Counted from the first letter of the stretch, positions 1-12,185 are shown. The stretch: 64,000 bases of DNA from Trypanosoma brucei (GCA_000002445.1 CP000066.1:1472001-1536000), one strand, 5' to 3'. Numbers and translations: made by a program. The notes: generated from the sequence alone by a model not told the origin.

Positions 1-693
1 CTCGTTTTAGCACAAATGGATGAGTTAGGTGTCCCGCGTACGCACCTGTCGCGTGTATTGATGGATGAAGTGGAGGACTCGTTACGTAAGTTCCAAACAT
101 ATAGGTCGCGCTTTTATGAATGGGGTCGTGCGGTAAAACAATTTGACTTCATTGAGTTCCGACGACGTAACGGATGGTTATACGACCTTCACCTGATGAA
201 GTGCACAACGAAACAAGTGGGGCCGCTGCGTGACTTCAACGATCCCGACGCCGTGCAGGGTGCCGTGGCGACAGCTGAAATTCCCGCATTCTTCAATGAA
301 AGGCCAGCGTGGGAGCGGCCTCCCTTGGAAGAAACGCTTTACGTAACGACAAATAAGGAGCGGTATGACGACGTCCGTGGGGGTGACATTTACTATGACG
401 ATACGCGTAGTTTACATGACCGCTCGCCCACGTGGATGAATGAAGTGCCAGAAACACGGTACGATCGACTGTACGGCGTGAACCATCCAGACATCGCGAA
501 GATTGGCATCCGCCGCCACCTGAATGTTGAATATGTGAACCGAAAGGAGGTTGTAGAGCGCGATGCGGCGCTTATGAAGAAAACATTAAGTAGTGGACGT
601 CGCCTGCGGCACCGCGTGGAATCATCGCGTACGCATCGCAATGCTGGTTCACTTTCCGGGATCTCTTCCACAGCAGGTGGTGGGTCACGGTAG
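1..693 (+). CDS. 3' end of a hypothetical protein; the gene starts upstream of the window
   Basis: Frame 1 is open from base 1 to the stop at 691-693, so the first ATG at 16 is probably internal. The translation is hydrophilic and protein-like. No motif recognised. Confidence 0.5.
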   Translation, partial: LVLAQMDELGVPRTHLSRVLMDEVEDSLRKFQTYRSRFYEWGRAVKQFDFIEFRRRNGWLYDLHLMKCTTKQVGPLRDFNDPDAVQGAVATAEIPAFFNERPAWERPPLEETLYVTTNKERYDDVRGGDIYYDDTRSLHDRSPTWMNEVPETRYDRLYGVNHPDIAKIGIRRHLNVEYVNRKEVVERDAALMKKTLSSGRRLRHRVESSRTHRNAGSLSGISSTAGGGSR

Positions 694-1329
694 GGTTACC
701 GCCGTGTTTTGCGGGATTTTTTTTTTGCCTCTTGTGTTTGACTTATCGGTTTTGTTGGGGATTGTGTCTGAAATATCCTGTCGCCCATGTCTGTCTCCTG
801 TAAATAATGGTCTTGGTACATCCGACGTGTGTCCCTTATTCGTTATCTTTTTTCTTTTTTTCCCCCCGGTGTTTCCCGTTGTCATTCTTGCTTGTCACTG
901 ACTTGCAGTGAAAGTGGAAAGAAAGAGGAATTTTAAGAGATGAAATCCCATGTTATGGTGGACTGCGTTTCTTCCTCTTGTTGTTGGTGTTGTTGGCACC
1001 TGTTCGGCTTGGTTATGAGGAGTTTTTGTTCGTTCTTAATTTACCCGTTTCTTTTTTTTTTTACCACTCAGTGGCATCTGGGGGCTGTTTGGCGTGCTGC
1101 TGCATTTTTTCGCTTTTAGATGCCTTTGCTCCTTATTATTTATTCTTCTTTCATTCCGCTACACACTTTTACATCTCCTGCTTCCCTTCTTCACAATAGG
1201 GTAAGACGTTTTTACGGCATAAGAAAGGTTCAGAAGTACACACAAACGCGAAGCGAAGTGGTGGGCATAGAAAGCGGTAGCGAAGGAGGGAACATCCAAA
1301 ATAAAGGTATTAGTAGAAGCGAGGAAGAA

Positions 1330-1438
1330 CTTAGCTTATCCTTCCTCTTTTTTTTTCTTTTCAATATTGTCTAATTTGTTTCCATTTTGCTTCCGTTGAA
1401 ACTTATTATTCGCACCACAAAACATACCTTCTCACGCA
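1330..1438 (+). promoter_or_regulatory. polypyrimidine tract plus AG dinucleotides; putative SL trans-splice acceptor / 5' UTR of the CCCH gene
   Basis: tccttcctctttttttttcttttcaatattgtctaatttgtttccattttgcttccgttg, followed by AG and the ATG at 1439. Confidence 0.45.
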
Positions 1439-2123
1439 ATGGGGCGTGGAAAGGGGCGTGGGAAGAACATTGACATTACCAAGAGTTTCTTCCAGCAAGC
1501 GGGATCGTTGGGTCGTGTTTCAGTCCAGCTCTCTCCAACTCGGGTTATTTCGGTAGGTGAGGACGAGATCAGCCCAACGAATGGTAGCAGGGCGGCTTTA
1601 CAGCTGTGGCGAGATGACGGGACGGAGGTGGCGTTGAAATTGTGTCAGAATTGGAGGCAGGGTACATGTAATAGTCAAGGAGCTTGTAGTAATGCCCATG
1701 TGCTTGCATATCACAGCCAGATGCCTATGCCCAATATGGTGGGTGTGATGAATGCTTTTACACCCATTCCAATGCCTTCAACCGGCCCACGTGACAATTC
1801 CGAGAAATCGGTCTCACCTAAATGTTTACACCGGCCCCAGCTGCCACACCAACAACCACAAGGTGCCGTGGTTGATCCCGGCCGTGCAGCAGAACATAAG
1901 GTTAACAGTAACACCACAAACACAACAAGCCACGGTACACTCATTCCTGCACCTAGGAGTCAACAGAACAATCGGCAACTTTACGCGGCAAACAATAGTT
2001 CTGCACCTTCAGGGGTACGTGCTACCAACACAACCTGGGGGCGTGAGGCCCTTGGACCTGAAAACCACTACGGAAGCCAACAGCAGACTCATAATCCTCA
2101 ACCGCAACCGCAACATCAACCGC

Positions 2124-2154
<31 letters not shown>

Positions 2155-3178
2155 GCAACAGCAGCAGCAGCTTGCGACTCAACCCCGAGGTGCGTGGAAT
2201 GTGTTGCAGCCTAACGATGATGGTAGACGACAGGCGGCGGGTGTTGTTTTAAGTGCTGCATATCTTGACAAATTGAATCAGAGACCAAAGGACAAGTGCG
2301 AGCTCGTGAAGCAGAAGGCTGCAAACAGTCAAAATAGCAGTAGTTTCAGCGGTAACAATAGTTTGAACAGGGGGAGCGCTCCGCGCCACCAACCATCCCG
2401 AAGCCCAACAGGGCCCCGAAGGGAAGACACGTGGGCAAGTGTTGCGGCGTTAAACCATTCAAACGGAGCTTCCGTCATTTGGGGCGATGGTGGTGTACAA
2501 ATGTGGGATTTGATGTTGAATAATACCGCCGCCTCGCCAACCCCATCGCAGACCAGTGGTGTTAATCAACCGGCTTTGGGTCGTGATTTAAATTCTGCTG
2601 CACTGAGACCAAATTCGGGCCAGTTGTGGTCATCCCTTGCTTCCAATGGTCGGCAACGGAGTGTCAACAACAATGCGGTCCCCAGCGCCACTATTAACAA
2701 CAACAACAACAGCAGCATCAACAGTGGTGGTTTCATCAGCGTAAACACCAGCCCCAACATCGGGAATAACAACAGCCCTCAGCAATGCTCCAGCAATAAC
2801 GGTAATGGTGGTATAACTGGTGGAAGCAGAACCTCAAGTGCCACTGCGTCTTCTGAAGCTCTGAAAAACCAACTGTTGCGAGCGTTGGTGGGTGGAGGAG
2901 CGGAAGCTGATGAACTCACTTCTCCTCCTCCTCCTCCTCCTCTTCCCCGAGCAGAAGTTGCGCACAGTCGAGTGAGCAGCGGTATCGTTAGCATAAACAC
3001 GGGTGCACCATCGGTTGGTTGTGCTGCTGAAGGCATGAAATCGGGTGTATTGTTAAGTTTATTAGGGAATGATGGAGATGGCGGAGTAATGCATGGGATG
3101 ATGCCACCACAACCGCCTCCCCTTCAGGACGGTACTCACAAGATCCAACATTTGATGGCGCTGCTAACCACAGAATAG
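1439..3178 (+). CDS. CCCH-type zinc-finger protein (ZC3H family, putative RNA-binding) with Q/N/S-rich low-complexity regions
   Basis: N-terminal C-x7-C-x5-C-x3-H motif (CQNWRQGTCNSQGACSNAH). A Q16 tract plus PQ repeats, poly-N/S and a P7 run. Long polypyrimidine tract 1330-1420 then AG/ATG at 1439. Confidence 0.65.
2123..2170 (+). repeat. (CAA/CAG)16 trinucleotide repeat encoding polyglutamine inside the CCCH gene; flanked by imperfect (CAACCG) units from about 2102
   Basis: Direct reading: caacaacaacaacaacaacaacaacaacaacagcaacagcagcagcag. Confidence 0.9.
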
Positions 3179-4110
3179 ACTCATGTGAAACAGTTTCTTT
3201 TTTCTTTTTTTTACTTCACTTTTTTTATTTTTATTTTGCCTACTTTAATTTTATTACGTAATTTTCGTCTACCAGTTTTGGTTGATGTGAAATTTGACGA
3301 TGCTTGTTTGTGTGCGTGCGCATGCGCATGTGCGTTGACGGAAGGGGAGGAGGAAAAGAGTGTTGGTAAAACAAAGTTTAGGGAGGTGATGATGTTGGTG
3401 AAATTTGTTTCTTCAAAGGAGGTAAAGAAAAGCAAGGAAGAAGTAGAAAAAGGTGGTGGAGGAAAAATGAAGGGTATGATGTGGGATGGAGTGAAGGAAA
3501 AGACTGAAGAAATAAAAAAAACGGAAGGGGTTGGGAAAACTCCTCCTCCCCTCCCCCCAAAAAAAAAACAACAACCACAAAAAAAAAACAATACAAGCGA
3601 AATCAGGTTGCCATATGGTGGTTTTGTCAGTGCATTCTAATGTTTTGCCTTGGCACTTTTTCCCATCTGATGTCTTTAGTTTTGGGGAGATTTATTTTGG
3701 TTACTGCCGTTTGCGTCGGCTGTTTAGTCCGGTTGATTTCACCTTTTTTTTCTTTTTCTTTTTCTTTTTCGTGTATTTCTTTTTTCTTTTTTTTTTTCTC
3801 TCTCTTTCCTCTTTCCTCTTTCATCTTCTTCTTCGCGTGTGTGGCCTTTGCAATTTAAGAGATGTACTAATACTAATTTTTGTTATTACTACACAGCCTC
3901 TTTTGTGTGTGTGTGTTTCTTTCCCGTTGGTTGTCCCCGAGACGTTAGTTGTTGCTGCGGTGTTTTTTTTTTGTTTTCCCCCTCTTTCTTCTTTCGTTTT
4001 GTTGTGCGCGTGTAGAGGAATGAGAAAAAGTAGAAATAACGTGACTTAAAGAAAAACAACAACAACAACAACTTCTTTTGTTGTTTATTTGTTTCAGTGT
4101 TGTGGCTACT

Positions 4111-4158
4111 TTATTATTATTATTATTACCATTATTATTATTATTGTTGTTATTATTG
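4111..4158. repeat. imperfect (TTA)n / (TTG)n trinucleotide repeat
   Basis: ttattattattattattaccattattattattattgttgttattattg. Confidence 0.9.
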
Positions 4159-5404
4159 TAGCCGAAATTCCGTTGTTGATAGGTACGTATGTGTGCGTAT
4201 TTGTGTTTGTTTTTTTTTTGATTATTTTTCCTTCATTGTGTGACTTTCTGTGCTGCAGTTGCCTTCTTTATGTGTTCATTGTGCTTATTACTCATTTCTC
4301 TGCTCGTCAGCTTTGCTATGAATATGCTTGTACACATATGCATGCACCAACTTAGGTATATTAAATATATATATTAATATTTGTGTTTATGTATGTTTTG
4401 TTTGACTGATGCTCCTGCAATGTTTAATGTGGAAAAATGATATTTGGGCGATGAAGTGAAGCGTATGGTGAGAGGTTGTATAGTTGAAATATAAGAATAT
4501 TTCAGTTCTTTTTTCTTCTTTTTAATTCCGTTGTGTTGTGTTGGGTTGTGTTTTTGAAAATTTTGTGTTCTCTTCTCTTCTCTTCTGTTTCGTTTTGTTT
4601 ATATTTATATATATATTTATACGAAAAAAAAAATGTGGTTAAGGGAAGGAATGTAAAGGAATAAGAAGATTTCAAACAAAATAAAAAAAAAGAGTGAATG
4701 GTGGCGCGGCCGCTTTTTCCACCTTTGTGCGTATCTGTGTGTGTCTTTTTTTTTATTTCTTTTCTCGTTATGAGTAAAAGAAAATATAAAATAACTGTTC
4801 GTTAAGTAATTAATTAGGCGATTGAGTATTGGAGGTGAGGGGAAAGGTGTGGCGACGAGGTTCACAGAAAAAAAAAAAACGGAAAAAAAGGAAGAGGTGA
4901 AGGAGGTTTTGTTTGCAAAGAACTTCTGAAGTGAGGTTCTTCCTCTTTTTTACTTTTTTTTTTTTAAATATCCTGTTTTGTGTGCTTCTCCATTCATTTT
5001 AGTTGAACAGATGAGCATATAGAATATATATATATATATATGTATACATGTAACTGCGTAAACGAAGTTACATTTATTTGTTAGGGGCAAGGCGTTTTTT
5101 TTTCTTTTGCAGCCATGCAACAAGTTGGAGTGCGAAACTGTTGCGTGAAGTTATTGTTGTGTTGTCGTTGTTTCTTTACTTTTTTTTTTTATAATTTAAA
5201 TTATATTGGAGGAGGCGTTAAGGAAAGGAGGAGGGAAAGAGGTGGAGGGGGAAAAAATATATATATATTTATGTTTGATTGCGATGGTAATTGATTGGGG
5301 TCGCCGCCATTTAATTGGTTTGTTTTTAATAGTTGCTTTGAGTTTATGTGTTGTTCTTATGAAAAAAAATTTTTTTTTGATCATTTGTCGTACTCCTCTC
5401 TGTT

Positions 5405-5437
5405 GTTTACTTTTACTTTTACTTTTACTTTTACTCA
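5405..5437. repeat. (TTTTAC)5 hexanucleotide repeat
   Basis: tttacttttacttttacttttacttttactc. Confidence 0.9.
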
Positions 5438-6166
5438 TTCAACTTTTCACCGCTTGTGTTAGCGACAGAGCGATGGGTCACGAGGCGTTGACCTTCATTT
5501 TTTTTTTTTTGGTCCTTTTCCCCCCTCCCCATTCTTTTTTGTTTTAAAAAAAAAATTATCTTTTTACCTTTATTTCCTTTTTCCTTCTTCCCTTTTTTTT
5601 CACTTCTTTTTTATGTTTTTTTTTTTACAAAAAAAAAAATTAAAATGTATTGGTTATATTTTTGTCGCTGCTGTTTGTCTCGTGGCGCTTCAGAAAGTAA
5701 ATAGTGTGTGTGCGAAATATAGTGGATTCTGTTGTTTTTTTTTTTTGAGTAGGGAGAAGGGGCTGAGAGGCGGGGATTATTTAGTGACGACAATGAAGTG
5801 CAGCGATGTGCTTATTAATAATATTATTATTATTATTGTTGCGAGTGTTGTTGTTGTCATTATTGTTATTATTAGATTTTTACGCAATGCACAACTGAGT
5901 GATTACAATCATAATCATTATTGTTGTTGTGATTGGTACTATTCCTTTTAACATTTTTTTATTTTGCGTTTCTTACGACTTTATAACGTCTTCAATTCAA
6001 TTCACCTTTTTTTTTTATTTTGCGTGTGTGTGCGTTTGATTGTGATACCAACCGGTGGCAGTTTTCGCTGTGTCAAATATAATTCATTTGATCAATGAAG
6101 AGAAAATAAAAGGAAAAAAAGAAAGAAAGAAAAGACTTAATTCCTCCTATTTTCTTCTTTTTTTTT

Positions 6167-6169
<3 letters not shown>

Positions 6170-6203
<34 letters not shown>
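6170..6203. repeat. (TG)n microsatellite
   Basis: gtgcgtgtgtgtgtgtgtgtgtgtgtgtgtgtgtg. Confidence 0.95.
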
Positions 6204-6204
<1 letters not shown>

Positions 6205-7397
6205 CTTATTACAGTACCCCTCTTTTTGATGTGTTATGGTTCCGTTGCGTCTTTCTTTTTTTTTTTTTCGTATTTATTTACCCCCATCCTCTCTTTATTT
6301 ATTTATTTATCTCTCTTTCTTTCTTTCTCTTTCCTTCCATTATGCCTTTTACTAAATTTTATTTTAATTTATTCTCCTCCGTTTTTCTACTTCCTTCCCT
6401 TTTCTTCGTTTTTTCCCCCTCTTTTTTTTTTATTACTTTGCTACTCTCCACTTTTAGTTCCTATTTGCCTTTATGTGCGTCTGTGTTTGCTTTGTTCATA
6501 TGCCACTTCCCCTCTTTTTGCAAAATAAAATAAAAATAAGAAAAAAAAAATAAAGTAGAAGGAAAGAAGGAGGAGAAAAAAAAGAGGGAAAAAGGATTAT
6601 AGTATTATAGTATTATAAATATTATATATATATATATATTTGTTTTTTCTTTTCTCTTTCTTTTTCAATATGTTTTGCTTGTTTTATACTGCGATGAGAA
6701 GCGGTGATTGGGCTTCATTTCAAACCAAATAGGGGAATTGTGGTGTGTGCATTTCTATTGTGTAAGTCTCAAGAATATTAAAGGTGATGTCTTTCTTTCT
6801 TTTTTTTCTCTCTTTTATATGTAGGAAAAGTGGGGTAAATAAAGTAAAGGGAAAGAAAAGAAAGAAAGAAGAAAAAAAGGAAAAAGTCAAGAAAGAAAGG
6901 AAATGGGAGAGTGAAGGGATTATTATTATTACTAATGCAGTTAAGAGAGGAAATCCTAGATGGCATATATTTATACATCTACATCTACATATATATATAT
7001 ATATTGCTTCATTTATTTATTTTTGTTTATGTGCGTGTCTTTTTTTGTGTTGATGTATTGCAACAGGAGCGTGAAGAGAGCAACAAACGAACGTACAGAG
7101 AAAGGGGGAAAAAAACAGATAAATGATACGGAATAGGGAATGGGGGAAATCCTTCTCCGAAAATTCTTTGCAGATGTTTGTTTCTCACGGTTGTCATAGA
7201 AATATTTGGTTTACGACTTCGTATCAGTGGATGTTTGTGTTCCGTTTATTGTTATTATTTGTCACATATTTCTCCAAAAGGAGATACACTTTGCAAGAGG
7301 GAGGAGAGAGAGGAGTGAAGAAAATGAAGAAAATAAGATGTATATGGTTACTGTACTGCATGCGGTACACATAACCATGAAAAAAATAAAAAAGAGA

Positions 7398-7424
7398 GTG
7401 GTGGTGGTGGTGGTGGTGGTGGTG
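7398..7424. repeat. (GTG)9 trinucleotide microsatellite
   Basis: gtggtggtggtggtggtggtggtggtg. Confidence 0.95.
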
Positions 7425-7766
7425 ATCCACTTGCACTTTCTTTTTGGTGGAGCGTGTCAATATGTTTTTTTTGTTATTAATGTTTTTATGGTTGTTGGCG
7501 TTTTTCCCTCCCCTTCTTCTGTCATGTAGCAATTACCTTTACATGGCTACACTTTGCCTACTTGTCAAACTGTTCTCATCTGTACCGAAACATCTTTTTA
7601 TTCTTAACTTCTCTTTCTTCCTTTCTTTCTTTTTTCCCCCACCGCTTACTCTTTATCTATACCACTGCTACGCATGTATGTGTGGTGTGGGAATTACAGG
7701 ATACGTGCTGTATCCTGCTTTCCTTCTTAGTGTCGCATTTTATTTGCCATTACCATCAAAGAAGCG

Positions 7767-9176
7767 ATGTTAAGTTTTTTGATTGACTGCAGCGAAGACA
7801 AAACTGATCTCACATCGCTTCTTCTACTGTCACGGTTGCTGAATGATGAACAAAAGGAAAGGGAGGCACCAAGTGAGGGTCCGGCTGGAAATGTTTTAGA
7901 GGCATCCATTAAAGACAAGGAGAAAGGAAGTGGTGCATCTTTAGATGAAGGAACCGCGACACAAAAAGAAAGCGGTGTTGAGGGAGGAGTGTCGACGGCA
8001 AAGAAAAGATCAAATGTTGCCGCTCAGCGCGGTTCTAAGGACAAGACACAACATCAGACACAAGCGGCGAATGCTTCCGTTACCGTTTCCAAACCGAATG
8101 TTGGTGGGCCCGTGCCACCACTTGCACTGACGAGCACGTTGGCTTTTATGATGAACGGTTGTGGTAGCTCCCGCAGCGAGTTTCCAAATCTCTCTCTTCT
8201 TTGTGAAATCAGCGGCAGCGAGGAGGCCCCTCCCCAAGCCCCGATGCAAAAAGTCAACTCAAACTCTGAAAAGCGTGTAGAAGCAAAAACTCAGGGTCGA
8301 AAACCCATTCAACGGCGCCCCCGAACCCCTCCACCAGGCACACAAGCCGTACAAAGGAAAGGAAGAAGGGCTTCAGCGGAACCATCATTGGTTCCCCATA
8401 CGCCTCCCAAACTGGAAGAGGCGGTGATCCCGATATCAAAGTTTCGTGCGCCATCTTCCGTTGGAGATGATGACATGGCCCCCACTTATTCGCGAAACGG
8501 AGGTCATACGGTAGCGAAACGTGTTATTCAATACACTGAGAATATACCGTTGACAATTACTTCGTGCACTCCTGACAGCAAGCGTCGGTCATATGCGCGA
8601 CGTTACGTTTCCCGGTTACTTAGTAGTCCCATTGACGCCGCACACTCAAGGTACCGTGGAAAGTTTGAGAATGCAATCACTCACGCTCGTGGTTTTTACT
8701 CAGGAGTAACGAACAGCAATGTAAGTTACCATCTTGATCCCCCATCACTCCGAAGACAAGGTCCAGAAACCCCTAGTGTGAGTGTTTATAAAGCGGAAAG
8801 CAATACAAGTGAATTTGGTGGGTCAACAGCCAATTTATTTCATAGAATCAACAGCGACTGCAAAGGAAGGATGTCGAAAAGTTTACATCATTTGGAACAA
8901 GGAAAGTTGTACGGAGCAACGCGATCCTCCTCTCTGGGCTCAAATATAGCGCCGTCACCGATGGGTGGAAATGCATCGAGGTGTTTGTTGAGCTTACGCC
9001 GCTTGGGGGATGTGAAGAGACGTCAGAGCGGACTTGTGTTGGTGGAAGATCAACTTGAGAGGCAGCAGTCTCGCTTTCTAGATTTAATGATAGAAGGGAA
9101 GTCCATGCAATTTACCGTCCGAGCTCCACAGAAGAAGAGGAAATTTCGCTCAGGGGGGAAGGCTCATGTGACATAA
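7767..9176 (+). CDS. hypothetical protein, basic and S/R/K-rich
   Basis: 469-aa ORF, the longest in the region and on the same strand as its neighbours. Pyrimidine-rich tract 7600-7660 upstream. No recognisable domain. Confidence 0.5.
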   Translation: MLSFLIDCSEDKTDLTSLLLLSRLLNDEQKEREAPSEGPAGNVLEASIKDKEKGSGASLDEGTATQKESGVEGGVSTAKKRSNVAAQRGSKDKTQHQTQAANASVTVSKPNVGGPVPPLALTSTLAFMMNGCGSSRSEFPNLSLLCEISGSEEAPPQAPMQKVNSNSEKRVEAKTQGRKPIQRRPRTPPPGTQAVQRKGRRASAEPSLVPHTPPKLEEAVIPISKFRAPSSVGDDDMAPTYSRNGGHTVAKRVIQYTENIPLTITSCTPDSKRRSYARRYVSRLLSSPIDAAHSRYRGKFENAITHARGFYSGVTNSNVSYHLDPPSLRRQGPETPSVSVYKAESNTSEFGGSTANLFHRINSDCKGRMSKSLHHLEQGKLYGATRSSSLGSNIAPSPMGGNASRCLLSLRRLGDVKRRQSGLVLVEDQLERQQSRFLDLMIEGKSMQFTVRAPQKKRKFRSGGKAHVT

Positions 9177-9790
9177 TGAACAGTTGTGAAGTTAGGACGG
9201 GGCGTATGTTGCCTTCCTTTTGAATCGTTCCTGTGGGTCGTGGTGAATCTTTTCCTCCTCGCTACCTTTCATCCAACATACTTCCGTCAATTAGAAGAGG
9301 GAATATGTTCGCAGCCTTGACTAAAATGGACATGTGTTTTGGAAGAGTGTTTATATTATATTTTTCTTGTACTTTTGTTCTTTCCTTTTTGATCTTCTTT
9401 GCTTTTTTTTCTTCGTATCTTTTTTCATCCTTTTTATTTATTTCCCTTTTAGCAGCTCTGAAACTTTCAACACTTTTTTTTGTTTGTGCTCACCCGTAAC
9501 TAAGTTAACATCCCTTTTCTTTTTCCCTTTTGTTTAGGTGTCACTTGTATTTCCACCTGATTTTCTACCGTAGTTGTTGTGCGGTTGACGTATTACATTT
9601 ACTGGATTGTTTTGCACGTTTATTCGTTTAAACCTCAGCTGCCACACGGGGGCGAGCCGATTTGGGTGGTATTTTTTCCTCCCTTCGGTAGCTCCCAGAA
9701 GAAAATAAGCAATATATATATATATATATATTTACATTTATAAAACACCCAGGAGAGAAGTGAAGTCACGTGTGAGGGGAAAACTGCGGA

Positions 9791-10279
9791 ATGAGTAGTG
9801 AGAGATATGTGGATGGTGACCTCGGTGAGCCTTTTAACAGTGCAGAGCCGCTTACGTTACCAGTTGTTGTTCAACTCCTTCGCGGCCGGCGGGACACGTC
9901 ACTCGATCATCCCGCCTCACGTCTTATTGAAAAGACATGCAGGCAAGTGGAACTCATGCAGGAAACATGTGCAGATGAGTGCCGGGTGCAACGAGTAATG
10001 GAGACGAGGTTGCGACTAGTTAACAAAAATAATCGCCAGCAAATGAATGCCCACCTGGGGAATTTTGTAGTGGGAGAGGATGGATTTGCCACTCTTCCAC
10101 CGGAATCAGATGATTTCCTCGACACAGCGGAGGAGGAGGCTATGAAAATGTTTGAGGTGGTAGCACTTGGCACGCTTCAGCCAAAGACGGCGGACGAAGC
10201 TCGTGAGTTAATCCCTTCACTGGGAAGGTTTGAACCGGCGGATTTAAATAAGGTTTTAGAAATGCTCGACTCTTTATGA
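9791..10279 (+). CDS. hypothetical small acidic protein (162 aa)
   Basis: Protein-like composition. Upstream polyY 9672-9690. No motif recognised. Confidence 0.45.
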   Translation: MSSERYVDGDLGEPFNSAEPLTLPVVVQLLRGRRDTSLDHPASRLIEKTCRQVELMQETCADECRVQRVMETRLRLVNKNNRQQMNAHLGNFVVGEDGFATLPPESDDFLDTAEEEAMKMFEVVALGTLQPKTADEARELIPSLGRFEPADLNKVLEMLDSL

Positions 10280-10819
10280 AGTGGGCTAACAAACACGGTA
10301 GTCGCAACGATAATAACATCGAGCTCGAGAAGGGCACATCACCTTTGGATTTGTGGGGGTTCACAAGTGGTGGATGCTTGCTTTTTGTATTCGTTGTTAT
10401 ACGTTAGGGCGTTGCGAGAGGCACGTCAATGGTCGGTCTCGTCCATTCGCTCGTTCTTTTTTTCCCCCCTTTGAATAAAGAAATGATATTTACTAAATTC
10501 TCTGTTTTTGAGTTGGTTCGACTGTTTCCTTGTGTTGAGCCCAACTTTTTTCTCAATTTTTTTTCTTCTGTGGATCTTTCTATTTTTCTTTCAAAGGTTG
10601 TAACCCATTTACAGCACTCTCCCGCCTCTCTCCTATTAGCAGAAGTGAAGCTTAGGCAGCGGAGACAACAGTGTGCTCTGTTGACACTGTTGGTGTAATT
10701 AATCTATTTCAAATAAGTTAACCTTTTTTTTGCATTCTACTTTGACGTTATAAATTAATTATCCGTTTTTTTTGTTGAAGTTGGGCACTCTAGTTGCTGC
10801 TGAGGTTAATTAGTAAACC

Positions 10820-11596
10820 ATGACCACGTTCAAGCGGGAAGACCTCCGTCGTGTCTTTTTTAGTGATCTCTCTGATCAGTGCAATGAAGATATCATACAT
10901 GAACTTTGCACGCAGTTTGGGCCTGTTGCCAACATTGTTTGGCCAACGTCAAGTAATCTCGGTGGTACGCAGCAGATGACATTTTGTTTTGCGGATTTCT
11001 ACAACGCAGAGGATGCCAAATATTGCTTTGAGGCTCTACATCGCAGTCGAACAAAATTGTTTGGAAAGGAACTGCGCGTTTCCCACGCAAGTACGGATGT
11101 GCACCAGAAGGAAATCGGTTCGCGTTCGAGTAACCGGCATGTTGTTCACGAACTGCACGAGATTGGCGCAAAAGTTGTTGTCCGTGGCGTTGATCTTAGC
11201 GTAACTGAGTACGAACTGACTTCATTCTTCGCGCAGTTCGGGAATTTCGCCGTCCCCCCACGGATGGTACGCGACTTTGACGGAAACTTCCGAGGTGTTG
11301 TCATTCTCTCTTACGATGATTTTGCCTCTAGCGACCGTGTCATTGAAGAAATGCATCAAAAGATATATCGGGATCGTCCTATATCTGTTACCTACGCTGA
11401 GCTGCCCGACGGAAGCGGAAGATTGCATGGTACAGCGGAAGAACGGGCGAATGCGGCACTGTTCCGCGAAGAGGCGAGAAAACATGAGGAGCGCATCGCT
11501 CGTGAGCAGCAGGAGCACGAACGGGAACGCACACGCAAACGGCAGCAAAACACATCGTGGGCTGCAGGTATCGACCCCTACGCTCGCGTACGTTAG
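10820..11596 (+). CDS. SF3B4: splicing factor 3b subunit 4 (SF3b49/SAP49) homologue with two RRM domains
   Basis: Two RRM-like blocks. The second RRM and its tail align with human SF3B4: DRPISVTYAELPDGSGRLHGTAEERANAALF versus [30 protein letters not shown]. C-terminal charged R/E-rich tail. Confidence 0.8.
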   Translation: MTTFKREDLRRVFFSDLSDQCNEDIIHELCTQFGPVANIVWPTSSNLGGTQQMTFCFADFYNAEDAKYCFEALHRSRTKLFGKELRVSHASTDVHQKEIGSRSSNRHVVHELHEIGAKVVVRGVDLSVTEYELTSFFAQFGNFAVPPRMVRDFDGNFRGVVILSYDDFASSDRVIEEMHQKIYRDRPISVTYAELPDGSGRLHGTAEERANAALFREEARKHEERIAREQQEHERERTRKRQQNTSWAAGIDPYARVR

Positions 11597-12185
11597 TTGG
11601 TGTGGGAGAGAATGATTCTAAATGACAAGGGCTGATCATGTGCACTATTGTTAGATTTTTCTGCGGTGCAGTTTCATTGATCTGGTTTCATCTTCTCTCC
11701 TCTTTTTTTTTCACCCTCTTTTTTTTTTTGTTGAACATGCGTTGCGTTATCCATGCGCTTCAGAAGAGCCGGTTGTTATTAAAATCTTATCCTTTGGTTT
11801 CCCTTAATCTTAATATTAACCTTGATATTTTTGTCTGTATTTTGTTCTATTTTCACTTTCTTGTTTGTTTATTGGAGCACGTTCCCGGACTTTACTGTTT
11901 CGAGGAACAGGCGGTAAAGGCTGTAGGGTGGAGAAATTTCTTCTCCACTGAGGGGAGAGCCTATCACGCGTGCTGAGGGATAGTGGGAAACTGGTTGATT
12001 TTCCCACAAGTTGTGGAAGTTGTTTCCATAGAGCAGTGCTGAATAAGCAGCCGTGTCCACAAAACGAGAAGGAGGCCGGTGGCTACGTGTCGCGTCTCCA
12101 ATTGAATAGAATAGAAAACCTCAGCACAAAAACTTGGAAGAGGTTGAAGGTAGAGAGGTGTCGAGAGAGGTTGTGAACCACTGTA

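Noticed and set aside
1752-2252. Alternative-frame + ORF (166 aa) inside the CCCH gene and minus ORFs 1711-1944, 2566-2772 and 2779-3036
   Set aside because: They are fully nested within the 579-aa ORF, which carries the CCCH motif. The long open alternative frames are explained by the codon bias of the Q/N/S-rich repeat region.
3185-4355. Several + and - ORFs of 60-170 aa in the spacer after the CCCH gene (for example 3185-3640, 3211-3591, 3531-4049)
   Set aside because: Their translations are homopolymeric or low-complexity (F/L/S, K/E runs) produced by poly-T/poly-A, (CT)n and (GT)n tracts. They overlap one another in different frames and strands and have no domain content.
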